Shown one piece after another: positions 24,690 through 31,076 of a stretch of 33,138 bases of DNA; the first letter of the stretch is position 1, and each line of letters opens with the position of its first letter. Source of the stretch: an uncultured Candidatus Saccharibacteria bacterium (lineage in GTDB: Bacteria; Patescibacteriota; Minisyncoccia; JACPKW01; UBA11713). Under the pieces are notes generated by a model. It saw only the letters and a program-made list of their open reading frames with translations, was not told the origin of the DNA and made no database searches. Position numbers and translations under genes: made by a program. Location: positions 1 to 33,138 of the forward strand of contig CAZPXU010000001.1 of NCBI GenBank assembly GCA_964590055.1, in the 5' to 3' direction.

Positions 24690-25004
24690 TTAAATTCTTA
24701 AAACTCTAATAATGGCTCCAACCGCGGGATCGCTTTTTTTCACTTCATAACAAATCATCTGGCCGTGGCGTTCCCTCCGGACAAGCCCGGCCCGCTCCAG
24801 AACGCGAAGTTGCTGGGAAGCGGCCGGCACCGAGATCCCCAGCACGCGGGCGATATCGGTCACGCAGGCTTCCGACTCCGAGAGCAGTATTTTAAAAATA
24901 CGAAAGCGCCCGGGGTCTGAAAGCGCCGCAAAAAAAACCGACAGCCGTTCCTCGCCTGGCTCCAGCACCTTCTTCAATTTTATGATTTTCGTCTTTGGAA
25001 ACAT
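24690..25004 (-). CDS. ArsR/SmtB-family winged-helix transcriptional regulator
   Basis: Motifs: FFAALSDPGRFRIFKILL..EACVTDIARVLGISVPAASQQLRVLERAGLVRRERHGQ. The ATG at 25004 is preferred to the TTG at 25022. Confidence 0.85.
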   Translation of the reverse strand: MFPKTKIIKLKKVLEPGEERLSVFFAALSDPGRFRIFKILLSESEACVTDIARVLGISVPAASQQLRVLERAGLVRRERHGQMICYEVKKSDPAVGAIIRVLRI

Positions 25005-25029
25005 TATTAAGTGTTTAAGCAATTATTTA

Positions 25030-25058
25030 ATAATAAAAACATAATAAAAAGCCGTCAA
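25030..25058 (-). promoter_or_regulatory. candidate sigma70-type promoter for the arsR operon
   Basis: On the minus strand: TTGACG (25058-25053), a 17-nt spacer, then TATTAT (25035-25030), about 25 nt upstream of the arsR ATG. Pattern match only. Confidence 0.35.
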
Positions 25059-25101
25059 GCGCGGCTGGGGATAAGTCGGATTAGGACTTACTGCTCTTGG
25101 T

Positions 25102-25281
25102 CTATTCTTCGTCTTCTTCCGGCATCAAAACCCGGACTTCTTTCTTGCACTCGCACCATTGGCAGCGCCCATCCTTGTATTTCTTGCCGTGCTGATGTTT
25201 GCACTTTGCGCAGGAAACTATCGGACAGCCGCAGGGGCAGACTTTTAAATGGTGGTGCCCGCATTCTTCGCAGTGGGGCAT
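25102..25281 (-). CDS. 59-aa Cys/His-rich, metallothionein-like small protein
   Basis: One codon below the track cutoff. My base-by-base translation is MPHCEECGHHHLKVCPCGCPIVSCAKCKHQHGKKYKDGRCQWCECKKEVRVLMPEEDEE*, with 10 Cys and 6 His. It is co-oriented with all neighbours and starts 14 nt after the DsbA-like stop. The 90-aa plus-strand ORF in the track is antisense to it. Confidence 0.5.
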   Translation of the reverse strand: MPHCEECGHHHLKVCPCGCPIVSCAKCKHQHGKKYKDGRCQWCECKKEVRVLMPEEDEE

Positions 25282-25295
25282 GAAATTATTTTTAC

Positions 25296-26018
25296 TTAAT
25301 CAAGGCCGAGAGTTGCCGCGAAACTTTTAAGATTCCGGTCCGAAAACGCGCCAACGTTCTCGCCGCTTATGTTTTTGGAGTAATAGTTGTCCCAGATGTA
25401 ATTAAAAAGGTAATCATGGTACTCCCAGAATTTCCCCTGCTCCCCGGCGCACCTGGCCGCCTCGGCCGCGCGCGCTGATTCCTCGCCCAAAAAAGCGAAA
25501 TCGCGCCAGACAAACGCGGTTTTCCCGGATTTCAAATACGTTTCTTTCAGCTGCTGTTCGGTGGTCTTAAAAAATTTCCCGCAAAACGGGCACTGGAAAT
25601 CCCCGTATTCGATAATCGCGACTTTGGCCGCGGGAGACCCCAAAACAAAATCATCTTCGCGGATTTTCAAAGCATCCGGCAAGGAGGAATTCTGCGACGC
25701 CAGCTCCGCTTCAATCGGCTCCTGAAAAGACGAAAACGGCACCGCGCCGGAAACCATCCGGCCATTTACGAAAGTGGCCGGCGTGCCGTTAACGCCCAAA
25801 GTTTTTCCCTCTTCCGTCGCGGCTTCAACGGCTTTCCTGTGCTTGCCCGAATCCAGACAGGAAGCAAAAACGGGAGGAAACGAGGCATCGTCTCCGGAAC
25901 CGGAGGGCGCAGAAGAAAGTTTCAGCCCCGGCCTGGCATAAACCACCGCCGCGGCTATCAGAACCCCAGCAACGATGATGCTGGCAGGTACAAGATAGGG
26001 ATTTCGTCCTTGGTCCAT
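25296..26018 (-). CDS. TM-anchored DsbA-family (Thioredoxin_4-like) protein with permuted segment order
   Basis: The CPFC segment (AKVAIIEYGDFQCPFCGKF...GKFWEYHDYLF...FAATLGLD) lies C-terminal. The segment that normally ends the domain (FASCLDSGKHRKAV....LGVNGTPATFVNG) lies N-terminal, right after the TM helix. Confidence 0.85.
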   Translation of the reverse strand: MDQGRNPYLVPASIIVAGVLIAAAVVYARPGLKLSSAPSGSGDDASFPPVFASCLDSGKHRKAVEAATEEGKTLGVNGTPATFVNGRMVSGAVPFSSFQEPIEAELASQNSSLPDALKIREDDFVLGSPAAKVAIIEYGDFQCPFCGKFFKTTEQQLKETYLKSGKTAFVWRDFAFLGEESARAAEAARCAGEQGKFWEYHDYLFNYIWDNYYSKNISGENVGAFSDRNLKSFAATLGLD

Positions 26019-28669
26019 GGATTAAACAGAGGATTAAACACCTCGATAAAATCGGGATTTTGAATGTTGACCGTGAGATTCAGGGCGGTGGTTCTGACGG
26101 TTCCTCCGGAGGAGCCCTGGATGGTTATGACGTAGGTTCCGGGGGTGGTACTGCCCGGTATGGTAACACGGTAGCTGGAGCCAGTCGAATACTCGTTCGA
26201 ACAGGAAGGCGGGTTTTGACAGGAAAGAGTCGGGTCCGAAAAGAGATGCTGGGTTCCGGAAGGAAGGGGCGGAGAGACCGAGAGGAGGGAGAGGGCGACA
26301 GGAGAGGAGAAGTTGTTGAAGGGAGTGACGCGGACGGTGGAGAGGGTGGAAGTGGCGGAAGCGGAGCCGACGATGGTGGCGGCGATGTTGCCGGAGTTGG
26401 TGAGAGAGTAGTCCGGGGGCGGGACGCACTGGCTCGAACTCTGGCAGGCCGAGACGCCGCAGGACGGGATGGAAACGCAGGAAGTGCCGCTGCATTCGTT
26501 GTGGGGGGTGCTCTGGCCTACGGGGCAGTCGTTCTCGTCGTTATCCGAGACCGAGGAGCAGCCGGGATCGGTGGCAGCCGAACCCACAAGCAGGGAGTCG
26601 GCGTGGTCAATCTTGCCGTCGCCGTCGTTATCAATGCCGTCGGTGCACTGGCTGTTTCCGCCCCCTCCGCCTCCACCGCCGCCTCCTCCGCCTCCGGTGC
26701 AGTAGTTATTGTTCAAACAAGTACTGGCTCCGCAGGCGTCCACGGAAACACAAGAACCCGACTGGCAGGTGACGTAAGGTTTTGTCTGGCCCACCGGGCA
26801 GAGAGGGTTTACGGTGATAGTGACATAGGAAGGGCCAGCCGTTCCTCCGGGACCCTGGCAGGTTACGGAGTAAGTGGTCGTGGAGGGCGGGGTTACCGGC
26901 TTGGAGCCGGAGGTGGCACCCCCGGTGTCAAAGTTGCCGCCGGTGCAGCTCGTGGCGTTCTGGGAGGTCCAGGAAAGAGTGGAGGACTGGCCTTGGATAA
27001 TGGTGGTCGGGTTTCCGGTGAAAGTGAGGGTGGGCGAGGAGGCCGCTCCGACATTCACCGTGACGCTGTCGGAAGATGGATTTCCTCCGCCTGTGCATGA
27101 AAGAGTGTAAGTTTGCGAAGAAGTCAGATTGCCAGTGGATATGCCTGTGTTAAAAGTTCCTGTCCAACCGGTTGGAGAAACCGAGCAGCTAGCCGCATTC
27201 TGCGAAGTCCAGCTGTCGGTGGCGGCGGTGTTGTACGCGATGGTAATCGGGCCGTCCGAGCTATTGGCTTTGATGTCCGCAGCCGTGGGGGCCGCGCCCA
27301 CGTTTACGGTGACGCTGTCGGAGGCGGAACCGGAAGCATTGGCGCAGGTAATGATATAAGTCTTGTTTTGAGTCAGGTTCCCGGTGGACTCGGAGCCGGA
27401 GGTAGCTTTGGCTCCAGACCAGGAGCCGGAAGCGCTGCAGTTTTCGGCATTGGTTGAGGACCAGGAAAGAGTGGCTGCGGCATTGTGGGCGATGCTGACC
27501 GGGCCGTCCGAGCTATTGGCTTTGATGTCTGCCGTGGGAGGAGGAACGACATCTATGTTCCAAGATAGAGTGGCGGCGTTAATTGTGCCTGGAGTGTAAA
27601 AGTTGGTGACGTTGACCTTGTCTGTTCCATAAGAAGTTATATGGTTATCTCCTGTGCACAGGTTAGTGCAGTTGAATGCCTGTCCTTCGTCAAACTCACA
27701 AAGTCTGTTGCAACCCCCTTCTTCTCCTTGATCACATTGTACGGTTTGAGTCTGCCCTTCAGAGTTTTCAAATTCTTTAGCGTTGCACGCTGGCCCACCA
27801 GGATTATGATCTGAAGGTTCATAACTGGGAATCGCCGATTCAAGTGCGCTAGTCCCGAATTGCCAAGAAATCTCCCGGCCACGAACAGGATAATATGCCT
27901 GTGTTGAGCCAATATTTGTAGAGATTTCCGCCTGCGGGCCGCTGGTTGTAATTGTACAAGTAGTCGTGTATTTTCTGATACCCTCCGACGTATCACTTTC
28001 GGAAAGAGTGCCGCAATTCATCCCAGAGGCGCTTAAACTAACAGACGGCTTTTTAATCGAGGTCTGTAAACAATTTGCCCGATTTTGAGCGGTATCATAT
28101 AAATGCTGGGGAGGGCAATAATTTGCCGGAACCGGTGTCGTTCCTTGGTATTGAAAGACGCTGTATGGCGCATTTTTATATTCGTATACTTGGAATTGTC
28201 CTGTATAAGAAACGCATCCGTTTTCCGGTCCGCAGAGGGTCGTGGCCGGAAAAGCGCCTCTATATGTCCATGAAGGCGGAGCGAGCTTTGAAATAAAATC
28301 GTCCCCTACCCAAGGGGCTGGTGGCGAATCAACCCAGCTGCCGGTCATCAAATAAGAACTTTCCGCGATAAGCTCAAAAGTTACTTTGTCTCCAGGCTTA
28401 AGCTTGGTATCTGATTTAATAAGCGTTCCGGAATCTTTTTCGCGCACCTCTCCGGTGTAATTTACTTTAACAATCGCGGCGATATTGTGAGTATCCGGCT
28501 GGCCTAAATTATAATAATAAACAGCATCTCTTTGGGCACTCTGCTGCCCCAAAGTCGTCGCCGCAACAGCGGAATCCGGGAGGCGCGCTTCAAAAGAGCC
28601 CGCGACCAAAAGCGCGCCGATTAAAAACAGGGTTACTAGCAATGCGTGATGATGTTCTTTGAATGTCAT
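25958..28669 (-). CDS. 903-aa N-terminally anchored, Cys-rich modular surface protein
   Basis: N-terminal helix LLVTLFLIGALLVAG, three tandem ~83-aa Ig-like repeats, two CPVGQ...SCVS..CG..C modules flanking a Gly13 tract, and a DGIDNDGDGKIDHAD Ca-binding-like motif. The 3' end overlaps the DsbA-like start by 61 nt. Confidence 0.8.
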   Translation of the reverse strand: MTFKEHHHALLVTLFLIGALLVAGSFEARLPDSAVAATTLGQQSAQRDAVYYYNLGQPDTHNIAAIVKVNYTGEVREKDSGTLIKSDTKLKPGDKVTFELIAESSYLMTGSWVDSPPAPWVGDDFISKLAPPSWTYRGAFPATTLCGPENGCVSYTGQFQVYEYKNAPYSVFQYQGTTPVPANYCPPQHLYDTAQNRANCLQTSIKKPSVSLSASGMNCGTLSESDTSEGIRKYTTTCTITTSGPQAEISTNIGSTQAYYPVRGREISWQFGTSALESAIPSYEPSDHNPGGPACNAKEFENSEGQTQTVQCDQGEEGGCNRLCEFDEGQAFNCTNLCTGDNHITSYGTDKVNVTNFYTPGTINAATLSWNIDVVPPPTADIKANSSDGPVSIAHNAAATLSWSSTNAENCSASGSWSGAKATSGSESTGNLTQNKTYIITCANASGSASDSVTVNVGAAPTAADIKANSSDGPITIAYNTAATDSWTSQNAASCSVSPTGWTGTFNTGISTGNLTSSQTYTLSCTGGGNPSSDSVTVNVGAASSPTLTFTGNPTTIIQGQSSTLSWTSQNATSCTGGNFDTGGATSGSKPVTPPSTTTYSVTCQGPGGTAGPSYVTITVNPLCPVGQTKPYVTCQSGSCVSVDACGASTCLNNNYCTGGGGGGGGGGGGGNSQCTDGIDNDGDGKIDHADSLLVGSAATDPGCSSVSDNDENDCPVGQSTPHNECSGTSCVSIPSCGVSACQSSSQCVPPPDYSLTNSGNIAATIVGSASATSTLSTVRVTPFNNFSSPVALSLLSVSPPLPSGTQHLFSDPTLSCQNPPSCSNEYSTGSSYRVTIPGSTTPGTYVITIQGSSGGTVRTTALNLTVNIQNPDFIEVFNPLFNPWTKDEIPILYLPASSLLGF
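26807..27538 (-). repeat. three tandem ~250-nt coding repeats (Ig-like domains) inside the 903-aa gene
   Basis: The repeats span aa 378-460, 461-542 and 543-621 (ADIKANSSDGP.(S/T)IA...LSW.S.NA..C....TY...C....G...DSVTVNVGAA). A 30-nt identical block, cgggccgtccgagctattggctttgatgtc, occurs at 27248-27277 and 27500-27529, a period of 252 nt. Confidence 0.8.
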
Positions 28670-29976
28670 AAGTTTGCGGCTTCTTCTTTTCTAAAATGCC
28701 TCCGCAAAAAATACAAGGCAATTATTATAATCAAAATCCCCGCTCCCAAAAGATAGAAATTTATGCGGCTTTTCAGGCAAAGCGGCTCGGAAAATTTAGA
28801 GCAGTCGTAATTCACGTCTGCCGAGTCCACAAGATTGCCAGCTCCATCGTAAAGCTTTGCCGAAAGCGTCAGTTTGTCGTATCTTGAGCCGCGAATTTCC
28901 TTCGCCAAAACATTTATCGCGCCGGTGATATCCCCGTCGTAGGATGCCGAATCCAAAGCCCTGCCGCTTGCGGATTTCAAGGCCAGCTCAAGTTTTCCTT
29001 TTCCCGCGCCGTCAGCCGTGTTGTGGTAGCAGGCAAACACCTCGGCTTTCTCGCCGGTCAGCGGGAAATTAGTAATGCCGACATCGTTGAGGCGCGGCCT
29101 GAAGCCGTTTTTTACCAATCTGATGTGGATTTCGCTTTGCTGGTCCCCGGCTTGGGCTTTTATTTTCACAAAATAAACCGGGCGCCCGGCGACGGCGACG
29201 TCAAAGGAAAGAGTTTTAGAAGAATTGGCCGCAATGTCTTGGGATTCGGACCAGGATTTAATCAGGTTTTTCTCATCCCGTCCATCCCAGCCGTAAAAAG
29301 AGTAGCTGATGGAAGTTTTAAGGGATTTGCCAGTTTCATTCTTCAAAGGGACGCTCACGGAAATGGATTTCGCGTCCTCTGGGAAAATTTTTGGCATGAA
29401 CCCGAAAATGCGGTAGCTCTCGCCGTCCGCCTTCACTCCCGAGCGGTCAAAACGCAGGGTTTTCTCACCCTTTCCCTCCACGCTAAAAGTGGCGTACCCT
29501 CCGTAAATATCGTCGGTGAAAGAAAGTCCGGAGATGTTGAATTTATTCTGGGTTAGAAAATAGGAGGTGAGGGTGTAATTCCCGGTGGGAAGCCCCGAGG
29601 GAAGCTGATAGAGAACAGAAACGAATTGCTTCTCGCCCGCTCTCAAGTTTATGTCATCCTTGGCAACCCATTCCTGAACAATGTCGTTGCCGACCTGGGA
29701 GCGCGGATCGAATTTCGATACGCGCAGAACCAAAGAACCTTCCACCAAAGGATAACTGTTTGTGTTAGTCAGAAATCCTATGAATTTGGCTCCTTCGCCC
29801 GCTTTATAAATCTGCTTTTCGCCGTGCAGGTCTATCTCAACGGATTGGAAATGATAGTAATCAAAACAGGATGGACTCTTGGGCGCGGGGCTGGCGGGAG
29901 CGGCTTGAGCCGCGGCCAAAAGCGGAGAAACAATCAAACTTAGGGTAAATATGGTTTTTTTAACGGATGGGGGCAT
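28666..29976 (-). CDS. 436-aa secreted protein with signal peptide and C-terminal TM anchor
   Basis: The N-terminus is KKTIFTLSLIVSPLLAAAQA and the C-terminus is FYLLGAGILIIIIALYFLRRHFRK. Its stop forms a 4-nt overlap with the 903-aa gene start. No family recognised. Confidence 0.7.
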   Translation of the reverse strand: MPPSVKKTIFTLSLIVSPLLAAAQAAPASPAPKSPSCFDYYHFQSVEIDLHGEKQIYKAGEGAKFIGFLTNTNSYPLVEGSLVLRVSKFDPRSQVGNDIVQEWVAKDDINLRAGEKQFVSVLYQLPSGLPTGNYTLTSYFLTQNKFNISGLSFTDDIYGGYATFSVEGKGEKTLRFDRSGVKADGESYRIFGFMPKIFPEDAKSISVSVPLKNETGKSLKTSISYSFYGWDGRDEKNLIKSWSESQDIAANSSKTLSFDVAVAGRPVYFVKIKAQAGDQQSEIHIRLVKNGFRPRLNDVGITNFPLTGEKAEVFACYHNTADGAGKGKLELALKSASGRALDSASYDGDITGAINVLAKEIRGSRYDKLTLSAKLYDGAGNLVDSADVNYDCSKFSEPLCLKSRINFYLLGAGILIIIIALYFLRRHFRKEEAANL

Positions 29977-29984
29977 AAATCACA

Positions 29985-30812
29985 TTAAAAGTATTTCTTT
30001 TGTAGAATTGATTTTATCTTACCAACAATCTCGCCCGGGGTAAAGTGGGCTTTTACCATGAAATCTTCGGCCCCCACGGATAAGGCCCGCTCCATGTCCT
30101 CTTTCTGGCCGAGGTTGGAAAGCACTATCACCGGAATGGAAGAAGTCGCGCCGTCCGATTTCAACCGGCGCAAAATTTCAAATCCGTCCAGGCCCGGCAA
30201 AATCAAATCCAGCAGGATCACATCGGGATGCTCGTCGGCGGCAAGCTTCACGCCCGACTCGCCATCCACCGCTTCCAGCGTTTTAAATCCTTCGCGCCCC
30301 AACTTCTGAACTATCAAGTCGCGCAGGAATTTATCGTCTTCTATGATCAAAACGTTCATTTTATTCCCGGTCCCCTGAACTCCCCCGCTGTCTTGGGAGA
30401 CCTTTTTGCTCCCGCCGGCGGCTTTCGTTTCCCGCCGAAGCGCACCCGGAGTATCCGCCAAAACCTTGCGAACTTTTTCGAGCACATCCGAGGGATTGAA
30501 TTCGGCTTTAACCAGATAATCCTTCGCCCCCAGTTCCAAGGCCTTGTCCACCTCCACCGGCTGGCCGGAGTTGGAAACCACTATGATCGGTACGGCGATT
30601 TTCTCGTCCCGGACGCGCTTTAAAATTTCGAAACCGTCGAGCTTCGGCAAAATTATGTCCAACAGCACCAGATCCGGCTTTTCTTTTTTTATCATCTTGA
30701 AACCCTCCTCTCCGTCCACCGCCGACAGCACTTCGTAGTCCTCGTGTTCCAGCTTGGCTTTCATCACCCCCAGGTGCACCGGCTCGTCTTCAATTATTAG
30801 AATTTTTACCAA
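29985..30812 (-). CDS. response regulator with two tandem receiver (REC) domains and no output domain
   Basis: REC1: KILIIEDEP...PDLVLLDIILPKLDGFE...VVSN. REC2: NVLIIEDDK...PDVILLDLILPGLDGFE...VLSN. The two are joined by a ~30-aa linker. TTG start. Confidence 0.85.
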   Translation of the reverse strand: MVKILIIEDEPVHLGVMKAKLEHEDYEVLSAVDGEEGFKMIKKEKPDLVLLDIILPKLDGFEILKRVRDEKIAVPIIVVSNSGQPVEVDKALELGAKDYLVKAEFNPSDVLEKVRKVLADTPGALRRETKAAGGSKKVSQDSGGVQGTGNKMNVLIIEDDKFLRDLIVQKLGREGFKTLEAVDGESGVKLAADEHPDVILLDLILPGLDGFEILRRLKSDGATSSIPVIVLSNLGQKEDMERALSVGAEDFMVKAHFTPGEIVGKIKSILQKKYF

Positions 30813-30976
30813 TTTTATTTTATACCAACGCCGGTGAGTTAATCCGCCCGCCTTGACTTCGACGCTTTGATAAAGTTATTTTCTTCCCCAAAATAGCAGT
30901 CAAGGCGAAGTCGGGCGCGGTAAAATCGAGCGCCCCGCCCTCCGTGCTCCTGAAAAATTATTCGATGCATATTTTT

Positions 30977-31005
30977 ATATTAACGCGTTCTCAACGGTTA
31001 GGCAA
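30977..31005 (-). promoter_or_regulatory. candidate promoter for the REC-REC gene
   Basis: On the minus strand: TTGCCT (31005-31000), a 17-nt spacer, then TAATAT (30982-30977). It would give a ~155-nt leader. Pattern match only. Confidence 0.25.
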
Positions 31006-31034
31006 ATCTGCTGGTCTAGGGGGCGGGCAGAGGC

Positions 31035-31070
31035 TTGGCAACCAATCCCGCCGCGGCGGGATTGGGCCAA
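31035..31070 (-). terminator. strong GC-rich hairpin 7 nt after the histidine kinase stop (no U-tract)
   Basis: ttggc-aa-ccaatcccgcc-gc-ggcgggattgg-gccaa gives 16 bp of pairing with a 2-nt bulge. The downstream sequence on the minus strand is not U-rich, so its terminator function is uncertain. Confidence 0.35.
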
Positions 31071-31076
31071 TTCGCT

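Noticed and set aside
25003-25034. 8-bp inverted repeat ATTATTAA...TTAATAAT overlapping the predicted -10 and the arsR start, as an ArsR operator
   Set aside because: The arms are pure A/T within an AT-rich spacer, so the match is likely chance. The 16-nt spacing also does not resemble the 12-2-12 type operators of ArsR/SmtB proteins. It is kept only as a candidate for EMSA.
25011-25283. 90-aa plus-strand ORF listed in the track
   Set aside because: It starts inside the arsR start region, is Arg/Leu/Ser-rich, and would be the only plus-strand gene in 33 kb. The antisense 59-aa Cys/His-rich ORF fits the operon spacing better. That choice remains unproven.
26657-26695. Gly13-coding tract as a slippage-prone simple-sequence (phase-variation) repeat
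   Set aside because: The codons are a mixture of GGA/GGC/GGT/GGG with no perfect mono-, di- or trinucleotide reiteration. Any length change would also stay in frame. It is more likely a flexible linker.
26060-27100. 346-aa plus-strand ORF, Gly/Arg/Ala-rich
   Set aside because: It is antisense to the GC-rich repeat region of the 903-aa gene. High GC suppresses stops in the opposite frame. The minus-strand frame has coherent domain repeats and a signal/anchor sequence.
30813-31076. tRNA, a known riboswitch, or a 44-aa ORF (MHRIIFQEHGGRGARFYRARL...) in the long spacer
   Set aside because: I found no T-loop (GTTCRANYC) or cloverleaf. By eye there is no resemblance to the c-di-GMP, fluoride, preQ1, ZTP or SRP consensus cores as I remember them. 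The ORF is Arg-rich, overlaps the hairpins and lacks any start context. An Infernal scan is still needed to be sure.
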